From Deltaproteobacteria bacterium (GTDB taxonomy: Bacteria; Desulfobacterota; GWC2-55-46): a stretch of DNA of 64,000 nucleotides. Positions 25,070-34,106 of the stretch are shown piece after piece. The first letter of the stretch is position 1. Each line of letters opens with the position of its first letter. The stretch lies in NCBI GenBank assembly GCA_016234935.1, contig JACRNL010000004.1:87922-151921 (forward strand). Reading direction: 5' to 3'. The position numbers and the translations under genes are program-made. The notes under the pieces are model-generated. The model saw only the letters and a list, made by a program, of their open reading frames with translations. It was not told where the DNA came from and ran no database searches.

Positions 25070-26827
25070 CTAAACCCCGAACTCGGCCTTTATGCCGTCA
25101 ATAAGCGCCCCGGCCTCTTTTACAAAGACCTCGTTAGGCCAATTCTTCATGTTGATGACGCGCACGCGCAGCGTTGACTCCAGTATTTTTTCAAGATATG
25201 TGCCTTTTTTAAGCGCGGCCTCTGCGCTGTCGAGGAACGCGAAGATGACCTTCATCATCCAGTACTGCTTTTCATGCGTATTAAAGGCGTCGGCCTCGTT
25301 AAAGATGCTCTGCTTCAGAAACGTTTCATTCGTTATGAAGGCCGCCTCAAGCACGAGCCTGTCCTTTTCCTGCAGGGCCTCGACGCCGATTATCTGGACG
25401 ACCTCTTTAAGTTCCGCGTCCTTCTGGAGGAGCTTTAAAAGCCGCGCGCGAAGCCTCGGCATATCCGGAGCGACCTCTCTTGAAAGCCAGCCGGCAAGGT
25501 CTTCGTAATAGAGGCTGAAAGAGGACTGCCAGTTGACAGCCGGAAAGTGGCGTCTGTGCGCCAGCTCCGGGTCAAGCGCCCAGAACGCGCCGGCAAAACT
25601 GAGCGACGCCTGCGTGACAGGCTCCGAGAAGTCGCCGCCCGGCGGCGACACTGCGCTTACAACTGTAATGGAGCCGGTGAGGCCGTCCTCGCCGAGGCAT
25701 TGGACTCGTCCGGCCCTTTCATAAAAACCGCCCAGATGCGTGGCGAGATACGGCGGAAAGCCTTCCTCACCCGGCATCTCCTCAAGACGCGAAGAAATCT
25801 CCCTGAGCGCCTCTGCCCAGCGCGAGATGGAGTCCGCGAGAAGCGCGACGTTATAGCCCATGTCCCGATAGTATTCAGCGATGGTTATGCCTGTAAAGAT
25901 AGACGCCTCTCTGGCGGCCACCGGCATATTCGACGTATTGACGACGATGACCGTCCTAAAGCTGAGCGGCAGGCCCGTGTCCATCTCTTTTAACTCCGGA
26001 AAGTCCGACAGTATCTCGGTCATCTCGTTCCCGCGCTCTCCGCAGCCGACGTAGATGACTATGTCGCTCTTGCTGAGCTTGGCTATCGTCTGCTCGACGA
26101 TCGTCTTTCCGGTTCCAAAGCCGCCCGGCACGATGGCCGTGCCGCCCTCGGCCACCGGAAACAGCGTGTCAAAGACCCTCTGCCCGGTCACGAACGGGAC
26201 CACCGGCGGCAATTTCGCCTTAAAAGGCCTCGGCCTTCTCACGGGCCACTCTTCGTAAAGACCTATTGTCCTGCCGTCTTCAAGAACACATACCGGCTCC
26301 GTGCCCGTGACGCCGCCGGTCTTGATTTCCGATATAACGCCGCCCCCGCCTCCACCATTTAAATCCGGCGGCATCATCACTCTGTGGACGATGCGCCCGT
26401 TTCCAGCCACCGTGCCGATAACCATGCCCGGCTCCGCGCGGTCTCCCCGCCTTTTCAGCGGACTGAACGACCATACCCTTTTCAGGTCAATCGGCGCGAT
26501 CTTCAACCCCTTTGCAATAAAGTCCGTGCCGGCCTCTTTCATCCTGTCAAGCGGCCTCTGAATGCCGTCGAACGTGCCGCCAAGCAGGCCCGGGCCGAGG
26601 ACGACCATCAGGGGCTTGCCGCTGCTTACGACGTCCTCGCCGGCGGAAAGGCCGCCCGTGTCCTCATAGACCTGCAAGGTGGCCAGCTCCCCTTGTATGC
26701 GGATGACCTCGCCAAGCAGACCTTCTTTGCCCACGAGACAGACCGTATGCATGGCAACGCCGTCAAGCCCCTTTGCCACAACCGTCGGCCCTGTCACGCC
26801 GTATATCGCGCCTTTAAGTTTTTTCAT
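25070..26827 (-). CDS. atpA: V/A-type ATP synthase catalytic subunit A
   Basis: P-loop GGFGTGKT, 585 aa, including the non-homologous insert region typical of A subunits. Confidence 0.9.
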   Translation of the reverse strand: MKKLKGAIYGVTGPTVVAKGLDGVAMHTVCLVGKEGLLGEVIRIQGELATLQVYEDTGGLSAGEDVVSSGKPLMVVLGPGLLGGTFDGIQRPLDRMKEAGTDFIAKGLKIAPIDLKRVWSFSPLKRRGDRAEPGMVIGTVAGNGRIVHRVMMPPDLNGGGGGGVISEIKTGGVTGTEPVCVLEDGRTIGLYEEWPVRRPRPFKAKLPPVVPFVTGQRVFDTLFPVAEGGTAIVPGGFGTGKTIVEQTIAKLSKSDIVIYVGCGERGNEMTEILSDFPELKEMDTGLPLSFRTVIVVNTSNMPVAAREASIFTGITIAEYYRDMGYNVALLADSISRWAEALREISSRLEEMPGEEGFPPYLATHLGGFYERAGRVQCLGEDGLTGSITVVSAVSPPGGDFSEPVTQASLSFAGAFWALDPELAHRRHFPAVNWQSSFSLYYEDLAGWLSREVAPDMPRLRARLLKLLQKDAELKEVVQIIGVEALQEKDRLVLEAAFITNETFLKQSIFNEADAFNTHEKQYWMMKVIFAFLDSAEAALKKGTYLEKILESTLRVRVINMKNWPNEVFVKEAGALIDGIKAEFGV

Positions 26828-26830
26828 GTA

Positions 26831-27160
26831 TTACCGTTTTATCTTTATCTGATACCCTATGGCCCTTCTTATGAGGCGCACCACAGGGGACTCTCCGAAC
26901 TCCATCTCCGCCCACTTCAGGGGCATATTGATGTGTATTATTATCGGCAGACCCCTTTTTCTCAGCCGCCGCATGACGTTTTCCGGAACGCGGCTTAAAA
27001 GCCGCTCCTCGACAGCGATAAGGCCGTACCTGCCGCCTCCCTGCAGCTCCGTAAGGAGCGCGCCGACGTCGCCGTCCGCCTCGGCCTCCATGCAGTCAAA
27101 CCCGGCGCACCTGAAGCCTGCGGACGCGCCCGTTTCAGTTATCACGAGGAAGCTCGGCAT
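26831..27160 (-). CDS. atpF: V/A-type ATP synthase subunit F
   Basis: 109 aa. VITETGASAGFRCAGF resembles the F-subunit N-terminus. Positioned between C and A. Confidence 0.75.
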   Translation of the reverse strand: MPSFLVITETGASAGFRCAGFDCMEAEADGDVGALLTELQGGGRYGLIAVEERLLSRVPENVMRRLRKRGLPIIIHINMPLKWAEMEFGESPVVRLIRRAIGYQIKIKR

Positions 27161-27165
27161 GATTA

Positions 27166-28221
27166 TTACTGCCTGTAAATGAGCAGTCCTTTTAGCTCCT
27201 CAGGCGGGATGCCGAAGAGCTTTGCTTTTGCTATGAGCCTCAGGTTTTTTGTCTCTCTCATTTTCATGTAGATAAAGGACGCGGCGGTGGCGATGGTCAA
27301 AGGCCCTGTCACGGCCGCCTTTCTGAGGCGGGCTTCCATCGCGGCGTCCATCGCCTCTTCAATGGCCGCGGGTTCCTCCGCGTCGGCAGCGGCGAGCATG
27401 CCTCTGAGTTCCGCGTCCCTCGCGCCCCTGGCAAGGGCGTCTAAAATATCCTGCGCGCTTTCCATCCCGGCGGCCTGCGCGAACAGCGCCTTGTCAATAG
27501 CCGGGGCAGCAGGGCCGCCTTCGATAAAAAAACCTTCTATCGTCTCTTTTGAAAATCCCTTGCCCGCCGTCTTAACGAGCGTCATGACGTTTTGGGCGTC
27601 TATCCCGGACAAAAGCATCTCCCTTATAATCACAGCGTCAGCGCCGCCTCCCTTCACGGTCGACAGGAGCCAGCCGTAAACAAAGCTGTCAAGCCGCAGC
27701 TCAAGCTCAAACGTGTTTATATGCCTGTCAAGGGGAACATCCCTGAACGCGGCGGCGTATGGGCTGCCCCACGTCTCAATCAGGCGCACGGCGTCCACGA
27801 GGTCTTTCGCGCCAAGAAGGGCATTGAGCGCGGCAGGGCCGAACTCACCCGCAGGCACCACTGCGCCTCTTATCTCCTCGCGTTTCACGTCCTTTGCAAA
27901 ACCCCTTATGAGCGCCTTCAGATTGTGCACCTCCCACTTTGAAAAAAGCGTCTTCAGCAGATGACGGGCATTATCCGGCGCCGTCTCCCAGAGGAATTTA
28001 AATGTGTCCGCCGCGTTTGATCCGACCGCGGATGGAATGACGTCCGCGGCCCTGGTCATGCGCGCCTCCGCTATATCCACGTGGCGCGCATAGGGCGTGG
28101 ATCTAAGCCGCTCGCGGTATTCCGCCTCTGATGGCGCGCGCAGGAACAGCTCGTAATCCTGGGCTTTGAAAAGCCTCCCGCGCCGCCCCCTGACCCTCGC
28201 GTTAAAATATTCAATGTCCAT
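27166..28221 (-). CDS. atpC: V/A-type ATP synthase subunit C (eukaryotic d homologue)
   Basis: 351 aa, all-helical, N-terminus YFNARVRGRRGRLF. Positioned between E and F. Confidence 0.75.
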   Translation of the reverse strand: MDIEYFNARVRGRRGRLFKAQDYELFLRAPSEAEYRERLRSTPYARHVDIAEARMTRAADVIPSAVGSNAADTFKFLWETAPDNARHLLKTLFSKWEVHNLKALIRGFAKDVKREEIRGAVVPAGEFGPAALNALLGAKDLVDAVRLIETWGSPYAAAFRDVPLDRHINTFELELRLDSFVYGWLLSTVKGGGADAVIIREMLLSGIDAQNVMTLVKTAGKGFSKETIEGFFIEGGPAAPAIDKALFAQAAGMESAQDILDALARGARDAELRGMLAAADAEEPAAIEEAMDAAMEARLRKAAVTGPLTIATAASFIYMKMRETKNLRLIAKAKLFGIPPEELKGLLIYRQ

Positions 28222-28223
28222 TT

Positions 28224-28799
28224 TCAGCCGAAAATATGCCTGTTAAGTTCCATGACGAGAACGCTTCCCGCCTTCTCGATTCTCGAATGGATGGTGTTTT
28301 CAAACCTCAGGCGCCCGTCTTTTGATTTAAAGACCACGCCGAGGGAGACCGCCGGGTCAATCCCGGCGGCAATGCCCGCCTTTGCTAAAAGCCCTGCCTC
28401 GCGCGCGCCGGCCAGAACAACCGGCTCGGAAGCGGAGCCTTCCTTCCATGCCCTCTCAAGCTCTTTGAAAAGAAGCGTCAAAAGGGCCGCGTATTCAGCG
28501 TCCGGCATCCGCCCTACATCGGTCAGAAGGCCGCTCAAAACCTCCTCAACGGCCTCGCGCCGCGCCATGAGCTTTTGGGCGTTGACGCGGATACGCGCAT
28601 TGTTGACGGCTGACGCCCTGCGCCTTTCAAAGCCTTGATAAAGGGCGCCAAGCCGCTCCTCGCGCTCGGCCTTGACCTCCGCCTCGGCCTCGCCGGCAAT
28701 GGCGGAAGCCGCGTCCACGGCCTCTTTCACAAGACGCTCGCTCTCGGCAAAGGCGTCTTCTTCAATAGCCTTTAAGAGTGCATCGTTGGCATTTTGCAT
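28224..28799 (-). CDS. atpE: V/A-type ATP synthase subunit E
   Basis: 191 aa with a long N-terminal Ala/Glu/Arg-rich helix and a globular C-terminus. Positioned after K. Confidence 0.75.
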   Translation of the reverse strand: MQNANDALLKAIEEDAFAESERLVKEAVDAASAIAGEAEAEVKAEREERLGALYQGFERRRASAVNNARIRVNAQKLMARREAVEEVLSGLLTDVGRMPDAEYAALLTLLFKELERAWKEGSASEPVVLAGAREAGLLAKAGIAAGIDPAVSLGVVFKSKDGRLRFENTIHSRIEKAGSVLVMELNRHIFG

Positions 28800-28811
28800 G
28801 GCAAAGTCCGC

Positions 28812-29021
28812 CTAACTCAGTATGAGATACGCCACGACAAAGCCCAATAGCGCCATGGTCTCAGGTATGGCGACCATTATGATGAACGTTCCCGACAGTT
28901 CCGGCTTTTCAGCCAGCGCGCCCGCGCCCGCAGTGCCTATCTTGCTCTGCGCCCACGCCGTGGCGAGCGCCGGACCCACGATTGCCAGCGCGGCCGATAA
29001 TGCGATGATAGCCTTTTCCAT
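28812..29021 (-). CDS. atpK: V/A-type ATP synthase proteolipid subunit K (c), single-hairpin form
   Basis: 69 aa with two transmembrane helices. Gly-rich helix 1 (GTAGAGALA). Carboxylate in helix 2 (IPETMAL). Confidence 0.85.
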   Translation of the reverse strand: MEKAIIALSAALAIVGPALATAWAQSKIGTAGAGALAEKPELSGTFIIMVAIPETMALLGFVVAYLILS

Positions 29022-29066
29022 GAAAAAACCTCCTTGAGTGTGTTAAAACGCGGTTTTTCTCCCGCG

Positions 29067-30947
29067 CTACCGCTTCCTGAACGGCGCGTACCTTCTCCCG
29101 CCTGCCTCGTAGAACTTGCCGAAGAACTCGACGTAGTGCAGCCTCATGGACTGGATGACAGGGCTTAGGAGGCAGAGCGCGATATTGACCAGGTGTATCA
29201 GCCCAGCGATGATTATGCCAAGGGCCGCGTTTTTCATCCTGCCGCCTATCTGATTGGCTACGTTGGCCATGACCACGCTCGCCGCGCCCACGGCCATGAG
29301 CCTCATGTACGAAAGCATGTTGCCCAGAGACTTTATCGACTCAAGCGGGCCGATAACTCCCTGGGCAAGCAAAAGAAAGGCAATGGCCGTCGCAAGCAGG
29401 ATAATCATCGGCAGGAAAAAAGCGCCGGGCAGATAGTCCCGCGACGCGGCGACCGCGGCGAAAAACGCGAAGATGGCCGCAAGCTGCGCGGCCTTTGCCC
29501 CGGCCTCCCTGTGCCTTTTTCTGCGCAGGTTATTCACCGCGCTGATGACAAGGCCGAAAACAACGTGGCCCGCGCCGATGCCGAGCGCGAGGAGAAGCAT
29601 CGTCTTCAAGGCCTCCTCCCTGTGAAACCAGACAGGATGCAGTATGCCGAGGCGCGCGCCGAGGTCGCCGAAGAACTCGCCGAACAAAAGGCCGAACACA
29701 ACGGCCCAGACTGAGCATATGGCAAGGATAGTAGAGACGTCGCGCAGGAAGGGCTTTGCGCTGAACCTTCTCCTGGCCCACAGGCCCAGAACTAAAAGCA
29801 CGGCGCCGTAGCCTGCATCCCCGACGATGAGGCCGAAAAACACCGGGAAAAAAAGCGCGAGAAACATCGTTGGGTCAACCGAACCGTAACGCGGCAGGGA
29901 CACGGCGGAAAGGAATACCTCAAAGGGCCTTATGGCGGGCCTGTTTTCAATGCAGACCGGCACGCGCCCGGCCTCTTCGCCGCCGATAGGGACGTCGCTT
30001 ACCAGCACCCTCTGTCCGTAAAGGCCGGAGAACCTGTCCTTTAACGCGGCGAGCTTCTCCGCCGGCAGATATCCTTCAAGCGCGAACGCGAAGCGCGACT
30101 CGGCCACATACGTCAGCGCGCCGGCCTCGTCAATGGCGTCCTCCACCGAACGCCGCAGCCCTTCTATCACGCCGTACCACCGCTTCGATATGCCTTCAAG
30201 TTCAGCCTCGGCCTGCCTTACGGCCTCAGGGATCGAATGCCTTTTCCTCCGCATCTCCTTCAGGGCGCCGACAAGCGCCATCTCCTCGTACTCGTCCGGC
30301 AGCCGTATCTCGCTAATCGACCTGCCCGTCAAAAGGCGCCTTATCTTTTCATCGAACTTATGCTGGAAGGCGATGACCACGCCTATTGTCGAGTCGTCAA
30401 GCTCGGCCGTCTGCATCTCATAAGTGCCGCCGGTAATCCTGACTATCTCGTCTTCAAGGAGCCTTATCGCGTCTGCCCTTCTCTTTTCAATTGTCAGGCC
30501 GACGATATCGAAATTGCCGAAACCGCCGAAGCGCGGGACTATCGGCAAAAACCCGCTCAAAAGCCTTTCGTATTTTTCGATGAGGGAGAGCGATTCTTTA
30601 AGCTCCTCAATGCGGGCATGAAGGGATTTGACCTTCGCCTCGACGTCCGCAAGCGCGTCAAGGCGGATGAATATCTCCGCGGCGTCCACCTTTTCAATCC
30701 TGTAAGATAGCGGCGGGGTAAGGAGCGACGACGCCTCCTTAAGGCGCACTATTGCCCTGTCAAGACGCTCCCTGCTCTCGGCCTTGTCCCTCTCAACGGG
30801 CAGCCTTTTCAGGAACGCGTCCTTGCCGGAAGCAACCGTCGGGGCCGTTTCAATGTGGACGACGGCCGTTTCGTGCAGCGTCCTGATGCAATCATCAAGC
30901 GCTGTTCTTGGCCCGATTATGCGGACTTTCGACATCACCTTTATCAT
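29067..30947 (-). CDS. atpI: V/A-type ATP synthase subunit I (a)
   Basis: Cytoplasmic coiled-coil N-terminal half plus a C-terminal half with ~7 transmembrane helices. Start set at MIKVMSKVRIIGP (ATG at 30945-30947). The track extension MTGVEPLQGAA is repeat D1 read in frame. Confidence 0.85.
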   Translation of the reverse strand: MIKVMSKVRIIGPRTALDDCIRTLHETAVVHIETAPTVASGKDAFLKRLPVERDKAESRERLDRAIVRLKEASSLLTPPLSYRIEKVDAAEIFIRLDALADVEAKVKSLHARIEELKESLSLIEKYERLLSGFLPIVPRFGGFGNFDIVGLTIEKRRADAIRLLEDEIVRITGGTYEMQTAELDDSTIGVVIAFQHKFDEKIRRLLTGRSISEIRLPDEYEEMALVGALKEMRRKRHSIPEAVRQAEAELEGISKRWYGVIEGLRRSVEDAIDEAGALTYVAESRFAFALEGYLPAEKLAALKDRFSGLYGQRVLVSDVPIGGEEAGRVPVCIENRPAIRPFEVFLSAVSLPRYGSVDPTMFLALFFPVFFGLIVGDAGYGAVLLVLGLWARRRFSAKPFLRDVSTILAICSVWAVVFGLLFGEFFGDLGARLGILHPVWFHREEALKTMLLLALGIGAGHVVFGLVISAVNNLRRKRHREAGAKAAQLAAIFAFFAAVAASRDYLPGAFFLPMIILLATAIAFLLLAQGVIGPLESIKSLGNMLSYMRLMAVGAASVVMANVANQIGGRMKNAALGIIIAGLIHLVNIALCLLSPVIQSMRLHYVEFFGKFYEAGGRRYAPFRKR

Positions 30948-30952
30948 CGCCG

Positions 30953-30975
30953 CCCCTTGAAGGGGTTCAACCCCC
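30953..30975. repeat. family D unit, copy D1
   Basis: CCCCTTGAAGGGGTTCAACCCCC. It contains the stop codon of the H/G subunit gene. Confidence 0.7.
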
Positions 30976-31293
30976 GTCAATGCCTTCCGTTATGAACTTA
31001 GCGGCCTGTCTTATCGCCGCTTCCATCTTCCGTCCGCCCTTTTCTTTTAAAGCCGCGGCCTCGCGCCCGGCGTCCTTTTCTATCTCCGCTATCTCTTTTT
31101 TGATATTGGCCTCAAACTCGGCGCCAAGGCGCCTGATCTCATCTTCAAGCGCCGCGAGGCCGGAGCCTCTTGCCTCGCCGGCCTTTCTGAGGGCGTCCTC
31201 CCTTATGAACGCGGCCCTGCTCCTTGCCCCTGCCACCAGGGCCTCCATCTCCTCTTCCTTGACCCTCAGCCTGTCAATGACATTATCCTGCAT
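30967..31293 (-). CDS. V/A-type ATP synthase peripheral-stalk subunit (H/G type)
   Basis: 108 aa, a single long Ala/Glu/Arg/Lys helix. First gene of the operon, as in archaeal ahaH. Confidence 0.6.
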   Translation of the reverse strand: MQDNVIDRLRVKEEEMEALVAGARSRAAFIREDALRKAGEARGSGLAALEDEIRRLGAEFEANIKKEIAEIEKDAGREAAALKEKGGRKMEAAIRQAAKFITEGIDGG

Positions 31294-31302
31294 GGCCGGT
31301 TC

Positions 31303-31704
31303 CTATCCCTTACTTTTTACGGTAACAAAGGCGCGAAGAGCGTCAAGCTTCGCGCCGCTGATATATTTAACGTTAAGAAGGCCGTCCGAGTTTTTAAAGC
31401 CGCCGCCCCGCGCCCTTTCCTCAAGGATACGCACGGCAGTCTTCTCGCCAACGCCTGGAAGCATCATCAGATCCTCTCGCGAGGCGGTATTAATGTCAAT
31501 TGGAAAGCCCGGGAATGCCGCAACCGGCGCCGCGGCGGCGCCTGGGCGCGACGCAGCAGCTTCTTTTGCAGAAACCGCAGGCATGAAGAGTTGCGAGATG
31601 GCTGCATATTCGGCGGTAATAAAAAAGACGGACAATAAAATCCCGGCAAGAAGTAAAAAAGCGGCGTATCTTTTGTCTTTAAGCCCGTCGCTTTCCCTGT
31701 TCAT
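31303..31704 (-). CDS. ComEA-like helix-hairpin-helix DNA-binding protein
   Basis: Transmembrane anchor, then DINTASREDLMMLPGVGEKTAVRILEER..GGF (tandem HhH). Confidence 0.7.
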   Translation of the reverse strand: MNRESDGLKDKRYAAFLLLAGILLSVFFITAEYAAISQLFMPAVSAKEAAASRPGAAAAPVAAFPGFPIDINTASREDLMMLPGVGEKTAVRILEERARGGGFKNSDGLLNVKYISGAKLDALRAFVTVKSKG

Positions 31705-31781
31705 ATGGAGGGCCTCTTTTTTTATTCGATCTTTACGGCAATTTTTCAGCTATGACGGATTTATTTCAACGCGGCCTTTTT

Positions 31782-31839
31782 GCGCCTGCGGCGGGCAAAG
31801 CTAAAGGTTTGTATTCAGGCTTTGGCAGCGCGCAGCGCC
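31782..31839 (-). repeat. family E element, copy E4 (diverged, no AACTTTAAT end)
   Basis: GCGCCTGCGGCGGGCAAAGCTAAAGGTTTGTATTCAGGCTTTGGCAGCGCGCAGCGCC. It contains the last seven codons and the stop of cimA. Confidence 0.7.
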
Positions 31840-33398
31840 TTCTTATCCTTGTAAAGTTTGTATTCAAGGCTGTCGGCAAGGGCCTGCCAGCTTGCCTCTA
31901 TGACGTTTTCAGACACGCCCACCGTGCCCCAGCGCTCTACGCCGTCGCCGGACTCCACAAGCACCCGCACCCTTGCGGCCGTGCCCTCCACGCCGCCAAG
32001 CACCCTGACCTTGAAGTCCAGTAGTTTCACCTCGCTGATGGACGGGTAAAATCTTTCAAGGGCTTTTCTAAGGGCCTTGTCGAGCGCGTTCACAGGGCCG
32101 TCGCCCTCGGCGGCGGTATGCTCGACCACGCCGCCGACCTCAAGCTTTATGGTCGCCTCCGCGAACGGGGCCTCGTCCTCTTTTTTCTTTTCGTCAATCA
32201 CGCGGAAACTCAGCAGACGGAAGTACCTTTCTCTTTTCTTCAGCGCCTTTTGCACGAGCAGCTCAAAGGACGCCTCCGCGCCTTCGTACTGGAAACCCTG
32301 ATGCTCAAGCGCCTTTATATCATGGAGGAGCTTTTGCACGACCTCGTCCTTGCTGGCAAGGTCAACGCCGAACTCGGCGGCCTTGTAGAGTATGTTCGAC
32401 CTGCCGGAAAGGTCAGACACCAATACCCTCTGGTGGTTGCCGACAAGCTCCGGCCTGATGTGCTCGTAGGTCTGCGGGCTTTTCAAGACCGCGCTTACGT
32501 GGATGCCGCCCTTATGCGCGAACGCGCTGTCGCCGACATAGGGCTGGCGCTTGAACTGCCGGACATTGGCAAGCTCGTAGACAAAGCGCGACGCCTCGCG
32601 GAGCTTTCTAAGACGCTCGTCCGTAATACAGTCAATTTTCATCTTCAGCTTCAACGCCGGAATTATCGAACATAGGTTGGCGTTCCCGCACCTTTCGCCA
32701 AAGCCGTTCATGGTGCCCTGCACCATGAACGCGCCCTCCTGGACCGCCGCGACAGTGTTGGCCACGGCCATATCCGAATCGTTATGCGCGTGAATGCCGA
32801 TGGCCGCCGGCGTCCGCATGCGCACCCTGCCGGTCATCCCGCCGACGTCTGACGGAAGCGACCCGCCGTTAGTGTCGCAAAGCACAACGCAGTCCGCGCC
32901 CGCGTCAATGGCCGCCCCAAGCGTCTTCATCGAATATTCAGGGTCGTCCTTGAAACCGTCGAAAAAATGCTCCGCGTCGAAAAAGACCTTATCAACCTTT
33001 GGCTTCAGGAACTTTATCGAGTCAAAGATCATCTCAAGGTTTTCCTTCAAAGGCACGCGAAGGGCCTTTTCCACATGGAGCTTCCATGTTTTGCCGACAA
33101 GCGTCACGCACGGCGCGCCGCTTGAAAGTAGCGCCTTTATGTTGGCGTCGTCCTTTGCCTTTACGCCTGAGCGCCGCGTTGAGCCGAAGGCCGCAAGCTT
33201 CGCGTTCTTCAGCTTACGCGAGCGCATGGCCTTAAAGAACTCTATATCGCGCGGGTTTGAACCCGGCCAGCCGCCCTCGATATAATGCATGCCGATGTCA
33301 TCAAGACAGTGCGCGATACGAATCTTATCCTCGACTGAAAAAGAAATCTCCTCAGCCTGCGCCCCGTCCCTCAATGTGGTGTCGTATAGTTTAAGCAT
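31815..33398 (-). CDS. cimA: (R)-citramalate synthase (2-isopropylmalate synthase family)
   Basis: [18 protein letters not shown], and a C-terminal LeuA-dimer regulatory domain. 527 aa with a Geobacter-type CimA-like N-terminus. CimA versus LeuA cannot be settled without an alignment. Confidence 0.7.
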   Translation of the reverse strand: MLKLYDTTLRDGAQAEEISFSVEDKIRIAHCLDDIGMHYIEGGWPGSNPRDIEFFKAMRSRKLKNAKLAAFGSTRRSGVKAKDDANIKALLSSGAPCVTLVGKTWKLHVEKALRVPLKENLEMIFDSIKFLKPKVDKVFFDAEHFFDGFKDDPEYSMKTLGAAIDAGADCVVLCDTNGGSLPSDVGGMTGRVRMRTPAAIGIHAHNDSDMAVANTVAAVQEGAFMVQGTMNGFGERCGNANLCSIIPALKLKMKIDCITDERLRKLREASRFVYELANVRQFKRQPYVGDSAFAHKGGIHVSAVLKSPQTYEHIRPELVGNHQRVLVSDLSGRSNILYKAAEFGVDLASKDEVVQKLLHDIKALEHQGFQYEGAEASFELLVQKALKKRERYFRLLSFRVIDEKKKEDEAPFAEATIKLEVGGVVEHTAAEGDGPVNALDKALRKALERFYPSISEVKLLDFKVRVLGGVEGTAARVRVLVESGDGVERWGTVGVSENVIEASWQALADSLEYKLYKDKKALRAAKA

Positions 33399-33407
33399 AA
33401 TTCCCTG

Positions 33408-33602
33408 TCAATCCCGCTTTAAATAGCCTTGCTTTTCCAGATAATCCGAAGCAAAAGCAACAAACTCTTCAGTTTCTTTCAATAACTCCGCAGCCTCTTT
33501 CTAGGTTATGACAGCGGATTCACAATCCTTATCTTCTATAAGGAGTCTTGAAGATTTGATATATCTCCTTGAACGTAAAAGAAGACTTTTAATTTCCTTC
33601 AC
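33408..33602 (-). pseudogene. decayed HEPN-domain toxin gene (internally deleted, in-frame TAG)
   Basis: My translation from a GTG overlapping the MNT stop (GTGA): VKEIKSLLLRSRRYIKSSRLLIEDKDCESAVIT*KEAAELLKETEEFVAFASDYLEKQGYLKRD*. It keeps HEPN-like N- and C-terminal helices, but the middle, where Rx4-6H should be, is missing. Confidence 0.4.
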
Positions 33603-33937
33603 AAATTTATCCCTTCCCTCTGAACGTTCAGCAACAGAGGGCTTTTCACATTGCATAGCGCATCTTTTGACACGGGATACACAGAGATGAGCGCATTATA
33701 TTTCAAGTTTAAATCCGTTATCAAATTAAGCATATTGTCTATTTCCATGCCCGGATAGACCTCTCCGCTTAATACCACAGCGACGTCAATATCAGAGCCT
33801 TCTCCTGCCTCGCCCCGCGCATATGAGCCGTAAAAGATTAAGGAGACAAGCCTGTCCTTATAAACCTTCAGAAGTTCATTCCTTAATTCAGAAAGAATAC
33901 TTTTTATATTTTTTTGTCCGAGTTTTATGTTTGCCAT
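33599..33937 (-). CDS. minimal nucleotidyltransferase (MNT) antitoxin
   Basis: LIFYGSYARGEAGEGSDIDVAVV matches the GS-x10-DxD NTase motif. Start set at the ATG at 33935-33937 (MANIKLGQ). Confidence 0.75.
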   Translation of the reverse strand: MANIKLGQKNIKSILSELRNELLKVYKDRLVSLIFYGSYARGEAGEGSDIDVAVVLSGEVYPGMEIDNMLNLITDLNLKYNALISVYPVSKDALCNVKSPLLLNVQREGINL

Positions 33938-34106
33938 TAAACTTCCCGCCAGGGTCACTCGCCAAAATTCACAACCAAATCCTTCCCGAAACAAAGGCCG
34001 GCTACCTCATCAGAAATAACATCCTTCAATTCCACGTTGCTCCTTGTTCCTGTCTGGAAGGCTTGTGTTCAATAATTACGGTTGTAAAGTGCCGCTGCCC
34101 CTTACT

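Noticed and set aside
28812-29021. Calling the c subunit Na+-specific from Gln in helix 1 and the Glu-Thr pair in helix 2 (PET).
   Set aside because: The remaining positions of the Na+ motif cannot be aligned reliably by eye. The residue at +5 from the Glu is Leu rather than Tyr or Gln. Ion specificity stays undetermined.
30908-31804. A 298-aa plus-strand ORF spanning the V-ATPase H/G gene and the comEA-like gene.
   Set aside because: It is antisense to two recognisable genes and has an Ala/Ser/Leu/Arg-rich translation with no motif. The same reasoning applies to 36139..36774, 38669..39376, 57538..58371, 42270..42914 and the other long antisense ORFs in the track.
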